A stretch of 64,000 nt of DNA from Schizochytrium sp. TIO01 (Eukaryota; Protista; Bigyra: Labyrinthulomycetes), in contig SMSO01000031.1 in the NCBI GenBank assembly GCA_004764695.1, positions 8,104,761-8,168,760 of the forward strand, given 5' to 3'. Below, one piece after another: positions 8,537 through 20,399 of the stretch (positions are counted from its first letter, which is position 1; each line of letters starts with the position of its first letter). Below the pieces are notes generated by a model. It was not told the DNA's origin and did not search any database. It saw only the letters and a list, made by a program, of their open reading frames with translations. The position numbers and the translations under genes were made by a program.

Positions 8537-10765
8537 TTAGGGAGGGGTCTTTTGTTTGAACCAGATGATCTCCTCTTCGTCAATCTCTCGTACAGAGTTA
8601 ACTGTCTTGAAGAAGACCTTTGAGGCACGAGAGTAATCGTAGGTCTTGTGCTTATCTGGGGGCAAATGATCGGGTGTGACCTCTTTAAAGCCACGATCAA
8701 TGAACCAACCTTGAGTCTGTGTGGTAAGCACGAAGAGATGGTTGATGTTTTGGGCGAGAGCACGACGGAGACAGTAAGACAAGAGAGAGTTTCCAATACC
8801 TGCGCCATGCAAGGCCTTGGATACGGCGACACAAGACATTTCCACAGCCCCGCGACCATAGCGCGGATCTGGATAGTGCTTGAGGTGGCAGCACGCGAGA
8901 ATGACACCCTCTCGCTCAAAGACAATAAAATTATCAACATCTCGCTCAATCATTTTGGGTGGGCGAGTGATGAGAATTCCTGCCCGTTCAAGAGGTGCAA
9001 TGAGACCCTTAATTGCCGGAACATCATGAACAGTCGCAGCGCGAACACCATCATAAAGGTTAGAGGAAATAAGCAAGCCAACACCATCGCGAGTGCACAA
9101 CTCCGAAATAATACTACCTTCGATGTGTCGCGAGACCAAGTGAGCTCGGTGAACACCATTGCGAACGGCGCGAATGGCACCCTGGATATAGTCAAGGAAC
9201 TGAAGCTTCCACTGTGTCTTAGGATCAACATCCGACGAGTGAGATACATACTCCTGGCCGTCTTGACCAAGTTCCTGTGCGAGCCTCTTTGAGAAGTTGT
9301 CAGCTACATTCAAGGGCAAGTTATGCACAATGGCGCCTCCGCGCTTGCGCATGTCCACAAGACCCTCGCCGTTGTGCAAAAATACAAGCTTGTTAGCCCG
9401 GAGATCGATGGCAGCCTGCACGGCCACATCCTCTGAGCGGCAGTGATAAATAGTTCCGCTCTGAGAGACGCCTAAATGGCTAAGCACGACAACGTCTCCT
9501 TCGTCGAGAAGCTTTTGAATACGCTCAGCGGCGACCTTTTTCACAATACCAGTGTGCAAAAAGTCAATTCCACCGCGCACACCAAAGGCGATTGCACGCA
9601 CAAAGTTACCAGAAGTGACTTGCACAGAGCCAATTCCTGTTGGGGAGTTCATAAGGCCACGCGTCAGAAGGCTTTCAATGTACAGGCGCACGTGACCAGC
9701 GACACTTTGACAATGGTACAGGGTTTCCGTATCACACACTCGGTTGCCTTGGACAAAGAGGCTCTTCTTACCAACCTGCTCAAGCTTGCGGCGAATCTGA
9801 GGACGGCAACCTGCCACAAGAACTGGCTTAATTCCGAGTGTTTTCAGCAAGATGATATCATGCATGACCTGCTCAGCCATGCCGGATTCGAGCACCTCAC
9901 CAGGAACATGAATGACGACCGTGGACTTGAAGTGAACCGCGATATACGGCGCCATCGATCGGAAAACCTGGTACCCTGTGAGGCGCTCATCTTTAGCTCG
10001 ATCGGACTCGCCAACATCGGGAAGAACCTGAAGGTTATCCGTCTGGAAGAGCTCGGCACGCTTATCGAAGCGTAGACCGTCTGCGCCAGCCCCCTCTTCA
10101 TCTTCAATTGCTGCTGTCGCTGCGGCAGCTGCTTCTGCACGAGTCCGATGCTGAAAGCTACTTGTGAACTTTTTCTCTGCAGATGCTGATGAGGCCAACG
10201 ACTCTGCGGAGAGGCCAGATGTGTTGCCCATAGAGGCGCTTGTGTTCATTGAGGCGGATGCACCGCCATCAGTGCCTGAATGTTGGCCAGGGTTTTGATC
10301 AATCTTCAAGTGGTCTGCTGCTGAACTAAAGAGCCCAGAATTTGACGAATTCGATGATGCGGATGCAGGTGCCCCTGAGCTTTCCGCCGCCGACACTCCT
10401 GAGCTCTGAGATGATCCCGCGGGACTACCAGATGGAGAAGTGTTGTGACCTGTAGCACCGTCTTTTGCCTTATAGAAGAAATCAGAAGTCAGCATACGGC
10501 GCATTTGTGGGTGAGCTGAGCGAACTTCATCGTTGTAAGGGTTTCCGCGACCGCCAAGACCGCTGCTGCTGTCATCATTGCTGACACTGTTGCTGCTACT
10601 CTCGTTGGACTCGTTCTTAATCCTCACATCCCCATCCTTGGACGTAGTCGATGAGCTTAAAAACCTCAGACCCATGTTGTCAATGCGGCGTATCCTCTGC
10701 GTCGCATTGACACTCCGCATGGCATCTGCGAAGGCCAATCTCGAGGTCACGGCCCGCATCGCCAT
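8537..10765 (-). CDS. NAGS: N-acetylglutamate synthase (amino-acid kinase-like + GNAT domains, ArgA/plant type) with a probable mitochondrial presequence
   Basis: FRSMAPYIAVH, LVAGCRPQI, SGNFVRA, GIDFLHTG, GVHRAHLV, ELCTRDGVG, LFVLTTQTQGWFIDRGF, YDYSRASKVF; Arg/Ala/Ser-rich N-terminus. Confidence 0.93.
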   Translation of the reverse strand: MAMRAVTSRLAFADAMRSVNATQRIRRIDNMGLRFLSSSTTSKDGDVRIKNESNESSSNSVSNDDSSSGLGGRGNPYNDEVRSAHPQMRRMLTSDFFYKAKDGATGHNTSPSGSPAGSSQSSGVSAAESSGAPASASSNSSNSGLFSSAADHLKIDQNPGQHSGTDGGASASMNTSASMGNTSGLSAESLASSASAEKKFTSSFQHRTRAEAAAAATAAIEDEEGAGADGLRFDKRAELFQTDNLQVLPDVGESDRAKDERLTGYQVFRSMAPYIAVHFKSTVVIHVPGEVLESGMAEQVMHDIILLKTLGIKPVLVAGCRPQIRRKLEQVGKKSLFVQGNRVCDTETLYHCQSVAGHVRLYIESLLTRGLMNSPTGIGSVQVTSGNFVRAIAFGVRGGIDFLHTGIVKKVAAERIQKLLDEGDVVVLSHLGVSQSGTIYHCRSEDVAVQAAIDLRANKLVFLHNGEGLVDMRKRGGAIVHNLPLNVADNFSKRLAQELGQDGQEYVSHSSDVDPKTQWKLQFLDYIQGAIRAVRNGVHRAHLVSRHIEGSIISELCTRDGVGLLISSNLYDGVRAATVHDVPAIKGLIAPLERAGILITRPPKMIERDVDNFIVFEREGVILACCHLKHYPDPRYGRGAVEMSCVAVSKALHGAGIGNSLLSYCLRRALAQNINHLFVLTTQTQGWFIDRGFKEVTPDHLPPDKHKTYDYSRASKVFFKTVNSVREIDEEEIIWFKQKTPP

Positions 10766-11283
10766 CTTGGCTTGATGTCAGAGATCAAATGAACGGATGA
10801 AACCAAGCAATTCACGAATCAGCAGGATACAGATCGCGCTGAGTCTATAAACGCAGGGATTAAGGCACCTCTCGCTATCGCAGCGCCAATCTTTGCGCGA
10901 GTCCCTTTCCTCGCGACCGTGAGCGAGCTTGAGCAGCACGATAATATATAACAACAGTGTATTATATATGATATATATGTGTGTGAGCTGAGCGACCTGC
11001 GAACAAGCTGAGGATGCGAACGCAATGAGACCGCAAAGTCCGGCCCCGGGGCGCTGGCACGCAGCTCTGGCGCAGGTACGATACACCCCTAGTGCCTGCG
11101 CGTCCCTCTCCTTCCGTGTGCCGCTACGAGCGCCGCCCAAGAGCGAGGACGGCCAGAGCAGTCGCGACCTCCCTGCGACAGGGATTTAGTGCCCCTTCTT
11201 TATTTCTTCGCTTTCTTTCTCCTCCGTTCCTTTACTTTTTACTTCTCCTTTCTCTTTCATGCTCATCATTCACCTCTATAACG

Positions 11284-11325
<42 letters not shown>
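11284..11325 (+). repeat. (TTTC)n microsatellite
   Basis: Direct reading; a second (TTTC)n tract lies at ~11649-11689. Confidence 0.9.
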
Positions 11326-11328
<3 letters not shown>

Positions 11329-11647
11329 TGTGTTCCCTTTTTTATTTTAATCGTGATAAATCAATCCTCTCCTAAAGAAGGGTACTGATTCTCTATTATG
11401 TGCTTTGCAAAGTATATATTTGCGCGATCTTCATTCAAGTTCTTTCTTTCCTTTTCATTTGATCACTGAGTTACCTTCAACTCTCTCTCCTCTTTCTCAT
11501 TAATTACATTACCCATTTTGCTTTTGCTTTCTTTCTTTCTTTCGCCTCTCATTCTCTCTCTTTCTCTCTCTCCGTCATCAATCCTATCTGTGGCGCCACT
11601 AGCGGCGCTCCTATCGTTAACAGTAGCACCACCGGTGCTACGATTGA

Positions 11648-11688
<41 letters not shown>

Positions 11689-13285
11689 TGACTTATAAAA
11701 GTTGAACTTGAGAGTACAAAGTTTGGCTTCTGCTTCTGCGAAGGTTGTCAGTCTGCCATTCCTCCGTCCAGGTTGCTGGGAACTCGTCTGAAGTGGGCAG
11801 ATCACCAGATGCGACGTCCATGGCAGGGGCCTCTGCTTACAAGAACGAAGAGGCCGGAGGGAATAGCTAGCTAGCTTCTCGAGATCTGGGCCAGTTTTGG
11901 CACAGTGTGGCGTTCATTACATTCACGAATGAATGCATCGCTGTAGTGCCAACTTCTTTTTAGAGTCTTTTTAATTGACTTTCATCCATCGATCGATCGA
12001 TTGACCTCTTAGGCAAATAGGTAGCACCTCCTACCTATTGATTGCTCTCCTGGAGTACTCTGTTTCCAAGCTCCTGCTCGACGTCGTGGGTGGAGATGTG
12101 CACAGTGAATGAATGGCATGTGGTGGTGAAATAAGACACGCAGTACAGGAAAGAGCAGCTCAAGGGCGGTGCAAACGGGAAGGAAAAGAGGATGGCTCTC
12201 GACGCCAGCAAAGCAAAAGCGGCGCGGAGGCTTCTTTTTTTGGCTTTTTTCCCCCTTGACTACAAGAATTATTAGAAAAAAGCATAGAAAAAGAAAAGGG
12301 AAGGCAATATTTATGATGATAGTTCTGGTTGACTTTGCATCTTGAGGTTTTCGAGTTCTTGAAGTTGCCTCGCGACAACCTATTTAAGAACACGCAGCGA
12401 GCAACGTGCCAAACAATACAGAGAGCTTGATTGGCATTGACCTGTCAGCTGGTTATTTTCCAGGCTGCAAACCTTCTCTTTCTTGTTCATAAAATAGTAA
12501 AACAGTTTATATTAGAATTAGTTTATATTAAAATTTAATGGGCGCGCCACCTTTTAAAATGAAGAAGAAGAAGAAGAAGAAGAAAAAAAAAAAAGCATCG
12601 ATTTTGTGGATGATGACGATAACGATGATGATTGATGGAAAGACCAAAGTTACATGAAATAGAAGAAAAGTACATTCGCGATTCGCGAGAAAGAAACAGA
12701 CACTTGTTTTACGAAGCTGACCAATTCGCGCAAGGAAAACTCTACCTGCGGTAGAATTTCCTCGTGCATTTTAAAGATGGTCAACTGCATCTTCAGAAGT
12801 GATAGTGGCCTCGTCCTGAGTTGCTGAGGAGATCATTCATCGATTGCATTTCCCAAATAAATGTATTTGTAAATTAATAAATTAATAAATTAATAAGTTA
12901 AAACTGAAATGAAAAAACTTTGAGCAAGAACCATGATGCTGCTCTCTCGCTCGCTCGATATTGGACAGATTTACAGGCCTCCGGCTGCGTCTATCCTGGA
13001 TCTCGCGCAGCTACAATCTCACGCCCACCACGCAGCATGGTTTATGCCGCGGCCGCAGCGCCATTTGCTCTGACGCCTCATGATCAATTGTAAAAACTTT
13101 GAAGAAGTTGATTGAATTGGCAATTTCTCTTGAACTTATTACACAAAAACATGTGCCGAGAACGATGCAAAGACTGAGACGAAAAGCTGTTCAGCCTGAG
13201 AAACGAAACGCGACAGGCGCGAGGGAAGGAGCAGATGAGAGGCCCTCTTCTCTCCAAAATTCCCTCGCTGAGAACAATATTCCTC

Positions 13286-13390
13286 GCTTGCTTGCTTGCT
13301 TGCTTGTTTTGCATTCATTCATTCATTCATTCACTCATTCATTCATTCATTCATTCATCATTCATTCATTCATTCATTCATCATTCATTT
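13286..13390 (+). repeat. Compound (GCTT)n / (ATTC)n microsatellite
   Basis: Direct reading. Confidence 0.9.
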
Positions 13391-13649
13391 TTTATTGCCA
13401 CTGAGCTATCAATGCCTATTTACAGCTAGTTAGCAAATAGCTTAGCAGTGTTACATTACCTCGTCACCGCTACTTAGGGTGGTACTAACCAGGTTATAGC
13501 ACGCACTACCACCGCATAACCCTAGTTGAGTTGAGTTGAGTTGAGTTTCATGGAAATTCACAAAAACCATAGCGCACGAATAACTTATGGCAGGTGGCCT
13601 GGGATAATGGAGATGAGCTATGGATAATGCCCTTCCCTCGCCACTTGTG

Positions 13650-14980
13650 CTGTTCGTACTTAAGAATTCTTGCTCAGGGCCCTGAGCAATGCAGCGGAAA
13701 GCTGATTGTTTTAGTACCCTGAGCCAGTTTTATGAATAAGGATTCAGTTTATGTTTAGATGACAATTTCTGAGAATGTTTCGTTTTTTATAAAAACTTCG
13801 CGGCACCTCAATCTGGGGCCGTGGAGTATTAGGCGTACATACAAGCTTTTATCTGAGCACCTTGAAGGGCAAGTTCTATTGTATTGCTGATGCTTTCCAA
13901 CTCTCACTGAGCTCCGACCTTGTTAAAAGTTCAAGCTGCCTTCGCAGCACTGCAGCAGTATCCGACCTTACACATCTGGGAGAAGGAGCACTGATCCTCG
14001 AAGGAATAGGACTGACAAAAGATCTTCGCAAGAGCTTCCAGTCGATGTACATTATGGTAAAGAACGAGTGTTTGAGCAAGCTTAAACAAGATTGATTGCC
14101 AATTCAATTTGTGTTCACTTGCCGTACAAGATCTGTAGCATCATTCAGGGAGATCCAAAAATCTGTTCTGATGGGTTATGAGCAACGAACACAAGAAAAA
14201 AGCTTGCTTGAGCTGCGACCTGAGGGCTGTTCGCCTCGCAGCTCGTAATAGAGCTCGTGAAAGAGAAAGCTCCGCGCACCGTCCACAGCTTTGCAGATGT
14301 CGAAGTCTTCCGCGCCGTGGAAACTTCTGCGCCTGAGGACATGTGATGAGCTGTTTTCCACACTTTGTGCACACATTTGCTTATTTTCAATTAACTTTTT
14401 TCTTCCTTCCTTCCTTTCTTTCTTTGCGGATCAAATAAGGACACAACCGATGTTTCACTTTCACGAAACGATCTAAAGCTACAGATAGAGAAACAAAATA
14501 AACATTGATACGCCCACATACGATACGACTTGTAGTTTCTGCAATGTCTGTCTTGGTTTGAGAAGATTTACTCCCTAAATTGCACAATCTCAAGCTAGCT
14601 TAAACATCAAGCTCAGGTTCGTTCGAATGAGGTTTCACGCGTACCTAGATGGTGTTGTGGAAGTCCGCCAAAATGTTTACATAATGCATGGCAACACCGC
14701 GAACATTGCCGATTAAGGATCTGAACGAGCTTCGAACATCTCTATAATCTTGGCATCGTTCAAGTTAGTGTGCGGTGTCCTCTCAGTGTGTCGATAAAGT
14801 TATTCTGCTGGTGTAGATAGATCTCCAGAACTGAAATACGTATCTAGCCTACTGTCAGCAGGATCTGTGCTCCCTATCACCATATCAAACGTTTTTACCG
14901 GCTAGTAGAGACTATCTCTGCCCCACCGTCTTGCAGCTGTGCTTTCCTAGCTTGCAAGTTTTCGTTTTACATACCTTGGT
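13650..14980 (-). pseudogene. Heavily degraded coding-like relic, unidentified
   Basis: Several short protein-like frames on the minus strand broken by stops, e.g. KLAQTLVLYHNVHRLEALAKIF. Confidence 0.25.
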
Positions 14981-15053
14981 GAAATGAAGGTGCCCAAAGT
15001 ACTACCTTGTTAGCGGCCTAACCTGCCACTAGTACTTTTGAGGGGTATTACGA

Positions 15054-15144
15054 GGAGTGGTAAGGAGCTTAGATGTAGTACTTTGGGAAAGTACTACGTC
15101 TTAAATTGGAAAGTGTACTAAAAGGCTATTTCTGGACAAAGTCA
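15054..15144 (+). repeat. 91-bp dispersed repeat, copy 2 (intron-like segment 15060-15124)
   Basis: Inverted near-identical copy of 354-444. Confidence 0.9.
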
Positions 15145-15331
15145 TGGGTGTAAGAAGAAGGTTTGAAAAGTACAACACCTCATGGAAAGCGTAGAACTAA
15201 AATGCTACTTCTGAGGTACTCAGGCTTTTGCCCAATCTAAGACCCCCGTGTAATTGTTGCATGGCAAACCTGCAACATCTCCCTAGACGAGATTACGCCG
15301 CAGCGAGGCAGTGAGTGCCCAGGCGTAGAAC

Positions 15332-16753
15332 ATGCGCGTCTGGCTCGTGGGCTTGACAGTCTGTGGCATCGCAGTTGCTATCTGGAGCCTGTACGCCGCT
15401 TTTAGCTCTGTTGTAGGCTTCGAACAGGAGTCGATCGTTTTCATATATCAAGCTGTAGGCTGGACGGGAAACGAGACCAAACGCGAGGGGAATTTCAGAC
15501 AAGGAAGACATGTGAGGAGAGCAATAAGAGCCCTCTTGACCACAGAGCTCGCTCCAAATTTTGTTTGGCAGATGGAGACATTTTTTGGGCCATCTTGGAT
15601 TAAACTCGCAAATATGACGCGATCGATATTAGCCGGCGAGAAACCAATTGAGGTAGAATTGGCAAGTGAAACTCAGACCGTGGAAGAACCGGATCATGTG
15701 GTCGTGATGGACCTTTTCATCGCATGTGAAGAGAGTGCATGTAAAGATATTAAACGCTTGCTGCCAATGTGTATTTTCGTAAATGCCAACAATGTTTCGG
15801 CGACGGTAAAGAAAATCGTCGGAGTTGCAAACTCAGGTTGGCTAGGAATGGGCACTCCTTCCCGGCAGAGGACAAGCGGACCACAATGCTTTTATACGAG
15901 AACAACACCAATGCAAAGCAAGGGAGACGCATACTTCCAGTCTCTGAAGTTTCTGATGGAGCCTACTTACAAACACGCTCTCGAAACTGGGGCATATGAG
16001 TATATCTTGCGGACGGACGTAGATGCGCTTATGATGCCAGGTGCTCTGACTGAGTACCCAGTGGCTCACGACGTCTGGATTGGGAGAGGTTTTTCAGGTG
16101 TTCCATTAACTTCACATTTGCTTGCTGAGTTCACGAAAGCTAATCTGCACTGGAGTGAGGCCTACCCTGGCGCTTTCAAGGAGCGTGTGAACATGCAAAG
16201 TACATTTTATCTACGAGCGAACATAGCTTGGAAATTTACTGATCGTTTGATCGAGGCAAGCAATAGAGTTTATAAAGAGGCATTTCCAGAGGACTTTTGC
16301 AAGAATCTGGAGAATACTGAAGCGGCTCAAGAGCTTGCTCCAGGCAAGAAATCCCTCTGTCGCTGGCCTTATTGGCATAAAGGGGTATCAACACTATACG
16401 GCACTGCGATAGCAGCTAATACTTTGATTAAAAACCTTTTCATTACGGACAAACTCGATGTTTTAGCTGCACCTGTAGATGAACACTACGAAACCGATGC
16501 ATTCAAGCTTGTCCAGATGCACTTAATTTCACAAAAACACTTTATTCAAACGGAAGTAAAAGAACAGAGGGATCTACTTTGTAAAGACCCGGAGGTATTC
16601 ATCAAAGACCTCACAGTCAAATCCAAGCACAGCAGATTAAGAGCTCTGGCGGATGGTTACCTTCACAATGGTGGTCGCGATGTCAATGCCTTTGCCGGAA
16701 AACTTATATTTGAAAACTTGATACTTCGACTATGTCACAAAGAAACCAATTAG
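15332..16753 (+). CDS. Type II membrane glycosyltransferase-like protein (DxD motif; resembles the stramenopile DUF7164 family)
   Basis: N-terminal signal anchor; YEYILRTDVDALM; WIGRGFS; WPYWHKGVSTLYG; TDKLD. Confidence 0.7.
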   Translation: MRVWLVGLTVCGIAVAIWSLYAAFSSVVGFEQESIVFIYQAVGWTGNETKREGNFRQGRHVRRAIRALLTTELAPNFVWQMETFFGPSWIKLANMTRSILAGEKPIEVELASETQTVEEPDHVVVMDLFIACEESACKDIKRLLPMCIFVNANNVSATVKKIVGVANSGWLGMGTPSRQRTSGPQCFYTRTTPMQSKGDAYFQSLKFLMEPTYKHALETGAYEYILRTDVDALMMPGALTEYPVAHDVWIGRGFSGVPLTSHLLAEFTKANLHWSEAYPGAFKERVNMQSTFYLRANIAWKFTDRLIEASNRVYKEAFPEDFCKNLENTEAAQELAPGKKSLCRWPYWHKGVSTLYGTAIAANTLIKNLFITDKLDVLAAPVDEHYETDAFKLVQMHLISQKHFIQTEVKEQRDLLCKDPEVFIKDLTVKSKHSRLRALADGYLHNGGRDVNAFAGKLIFENLILRLCHKETN

Positions 16754-17537
16754 TACCTAAACAGATCCAACAATAATAAGAAGCACGTTTTTCTCCTCGG
16801 CCCTCTTCATTCGATACTAGAGAGATCAACCTTGCAAATATAAACCCTTCATAACCTTTGATCCGGAATTTAATTTAAAATATGAGTACTACCTACCTAC
16901 TCACCGATTCATCAGAAACCTTTAATTTATATCTAGAATCAGATTTCTTGACTCGTCCTTTTTTTTTAATTGGCTACTTCGGCTCAATAGGCACTGTCGT
17001 TTCTTGAACTACAGTTCATAATGAACAATAGCTTCCCTCCTTCATAATCCACTATCACGATTGTGCTTCTGTAGATAAACTTAACTCTTGTTTCTCATTT
17101 ACATTGTCACAAGTACTACCTAGAACCCATCTTATGTTTAAACGTGCAGAGCCTCCCATTGCATAACCCTTTGCGAAATCAATCATTGGTCAAAGGCAAC
17201 TCTTGTGAATCCTCTCATTGGTAAATACTCAAGCCAGAACAGACACCCACTCCTGATAAGTTAGCCCAGCTCCTTCTAGTGCTTCTTCCAGCGAATTTCA
17301 TTGGTATCCATACTGTCACCAGAACTGTTATCAAAACTACCCATCCACTATGGATGGCATCGCAAACCCTATGAAAGCAAGCTTCATTCTCCAACTGCAG
17401 ATTTCGACCTACTTCAAGGAAAACAATAAAAAGAGAAAAATATCCTTTTCCCAAGGCAGTAGTAGGTAGAAAATACCTATGTACCGCTAGCTAGCTAGCT
17501 AGCTGATGGAAGCAGGGAAAAGGCAAAAAAGAAGGTT

Positions 17538-17609
17538 GGGGCGAGTTGGGGATTGAACCCAAGACCCCCTCTACCCAAAAGAGGGATGCTGCCACTACAC
17601 CACACGCCC
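17538..17609 (-). tRNA. tRNA-Pro-TGG: tRNA-Pro (anticodon TGG), copy 1
   Basis: 72-nt cloverleaf GGGCGTGTGGTGTAGTGG...CCTCT-TTTGGGT-AGAGG...GGTTCAATCC...CTCGCCCC followed by a T-run terminator. Confidence 0.95.
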
Positions 17610-17694
17610 ATATCATCTTGAAATAGAAGCTGCCACAATTGGTAAAGAACACCATGGAAGGTAGATCAGAAGGGAAAAAATAAAAAATGAGGTT

Positions 17695-17720
17695 TGGAGC
17701 AAGGCGGGAATCGAACCCAT
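17695..17720 (-). pseudogene. 3' fragment of a different tRNA (T-arm + acceptor strand); identity uncertain
   Basis: GGGTTCGATTCCCGCCTTGCTCCA followed by T-runs; no D-arm or 5' half. Confidence 0.65.
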
Positions 17721-17761
17721 AACCCGATTATGGAGGTTGCGAAAACCAAAAAAAAGAAGTT

Positions 17762-17833
17762 GGGGCGAGTTGGGGATTGAACCCAAGACCCCCTCTACCC
17801 AAAAGAGGGATGCTGCCACTACACCACACGCCC
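17762..17833 (-). tRNA. tRNA-Pro-TGG: tRNA-Pro (anticodon TGG), copy 2
   Basis: Identical to 17538-17609; followed by a T-run terminator. Confidence 0.95.
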
Positions 17834-20158
17834 TTAGGAGCTCTCGTGCTCCTTGAACTTAGACGAACTACACAGGATTATAACTGACATGCTCTGGAAC
17901 CAAAGGTAGTATTACTTTTCATGGATTCAAGCCCAGCGCACAGCCGAAGGAAATGTAAGGATAGATGGCGAGAGCTCAAGCTTGGTTGAGAGGTGGATAT
18001 TGATGCTTTATGCGGGCTCGAAAATGCTGTAGAGGCGAACTTTGATATCTTGCGAACCAAGCGACGTGGCTCTTGACGGTTATTTAGGGTTTACCATAAG
18101 CCTGGTGCCAGCGCGTGTCCAAGGATCGAAGTGGTACTGCGAAGGACAGTACAAAAGTGGGCCAATTACAATCGAAACTCTGGCACTCTGCGTGAACATT
18201 GAAATGCTGATAAGCAGAACCACTGGGTTCCCTTGTGAAGAGCACCTGGTAGTGATGTTTTATTACAGTCAAAAATAGATGAACTAAATTTGTTTCAATT
18301 AAATTAGTAGAAGCACAAAAAATGTAATCACTCAGATCGACTATGAGATAGCTCTGATATTTTACAAATAATATGTCGAGATGTCATTTATATTTGTAGA
18401 AAATGATATGGTGTGTCCGTCGGTTGGTCTGCCTCCTAAGAAGATTATTTAAACCTCCGAGACACACTAAATGCCTTAAAATACTTTTCTTACTGCTAAA
18501 TAAAATTTGATCTGCTCGATTATCATATGCTCGATCAACACGAATTTACTCATGCAAGTGTCATGTTTTATAGTTCCATTGTTAAATACGGAAATAGGCA
18601 GGCGGAATCTACTCCTGTTTGATCGTTTTCACCGTTTTCGATATCGTTATGGAACGTTACGTGAAACGAAGTAACTGGGTGTCAGGCGCGCCTTATCGCT
18701 TGGAAATTGAACTATAAAATGATGGAATCGAATTTCACATTATCAAACATGCAATAGACATATATTAGGGAATTTCCTCTCTTACCTCCCATTCATTATT
18801 ATTGAGGGATAGGTTCAACATGTTAATTTTATCGCTTTCAGATGGACAATATCACAAAATGAACTCTTCGGCACAGGAAAAAATGCATTTTGCTGATCTA
18901 ATGTGCAAGCTGCAGGATAACAAAGACCTTCAGCCTCTAGGAAGGAACCTTTGGATCATATCTAGCTGAATGAACCTTTGTTTTCGCATGATCTTCGGGC
19001 GTAGCAGTACAAAGTGAGGCAGTGATTTCCGTCAGGACAGACTTCTAGGTAGGTTTTGCACATTAACTTAAACTGGTATTAGTTGGTAATCTAGTTTTCT
19101 GAGAATTCATTCTAGTGAAAATTAGCTTGAATTGAATTTGATTGGCGTTGATGGCGTTTGTGACGTGTAGTACGTCTTTGAGTCTAAGCCTTTCAATTAA
19201 AGCTACACGAATATGTCCCAAATCGCTACCAAATCGGCATCGTGCAAGGTTAAATTATACAATCAGCTAGCGTTTTATCTCTTTGAAGGCGTCTTCTCTT
19301 CGTCCTAAGCAGTGCTTCACATCTTGTAGTGATTTCTCAGGACATATTAGAGGTGATGGCATTCAGATTAAATCTGCATACCCTCAAATGTGCTATCTCT
19401 TTGTGATCAAACCTATCATCGCCATTAGCTTGGGCAAGCTAAGTATTATTTTCAAAGTTTTGCGTCGTACTCCAAACTTTTAGTTACATTCCGACTTATA
19501 TGGCTAGCTAGAGAAGCACAATGTAAATAATCAATGATTCAAGACATAGAAAGCCACTGCATATAGATTTGCACAGACATTAGCTAACACTCTTTAGAGA
19601 TGCAACAGCATCTTATCTTCTTGTTTGACTTATACTGTTAGTGTTATAATTCCTGCTTCATACACAATACCTAGTATGATAGAGTTCCGTGCATCTCACC
19701 CGAGTCACAAGATTACAGACCAACATAGTTGTTAGAGTATAAACGAAAGATAATATTATGAGTACCCATATGATTTAGAGAGATACTGAATCTCTTGTGG
19801 CTCTCTATAGAAGTGCGACCTCCATGTGATAATGTTACGATGTTGTGCTTCATAGCTAGAGTGTATGGTTGGTCCGGTTGGTTCAGACTTTTACAGGCTG
19901 GGATTATTAGACTGCGGAATTGAAACAAAAAACCTAGAGCCGCGTTGTCTATTTCGTAATGTAATGATAATTACCTTGTGCGAGATACTTAATGAAAAAG
20001 CCATGTGATTTTCGCGAAGGAGACTGTTGCCAAGTGCTGCATATAAAGTCCCAGAATGGTCCACAAATGAATGTATCTGTTGCTCTTGTCGAAATGAAAT
20101 GGCACATGTGCATGGGAAAGGCCTACGGTTAATGATGTCCTAAAGCAGAATTTGATAT

Positions 20159-20359
20159 TACTGCAAGTTAGCGTGAGGCGATCACCAAGAGATAGCGTAG
20201 GTAGAGAGATGAAGGAAAACTATAGTTAGCATTAACATTCAGGAACTGCTGACAAGGTATCTATTGTCTAAGTTTAGGCTTCTGGGCTTGTGAACGTTCG
20301 TACATGGGTGTTCTCATATATGCACACCTGTGTACACACCTAGCTGTTATACTTCAATA
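20159..20359 (-). repeat. 3' LTR
   Basis: Matches 25736-25929 with about 9 substitutions and 2 indel regions. On the element strand it is preceded by the PPT-like GCGGGGGTG (20360-20368). Confidence 0.93.
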
Positions 20360-20399
20360 CACCCCCGCAAACTGCTTGACAGGTCCTATTGCGTTGAGG

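Noticed and set aside
8648-10140. Long overlapping ORFs (214, 199 and 98 aa) on NAGS; likewise 58251-59003 on NMO and those on HIBCH and ABCA
   Set aside because: Antisense or alternate-frame shadows of codon-biased genes; no motifs.
12733-12802. Two small hairpins in intergenic DNA
   Set aside because: Short imperfect stems at a frequency expected by chance.
11092-13429. ORFs such as 11092-11388, 13099-13404 and 13235-13429
   Set aside because: Their translations are dominated by microsatellites (FLSF, HSFI).
17834-20158. Ty1-like targeting of the copia element upstream of tRNA genes
   Set aside because: The distance is ~2.3 kb and there is only one instance, which is insufficient evidence.
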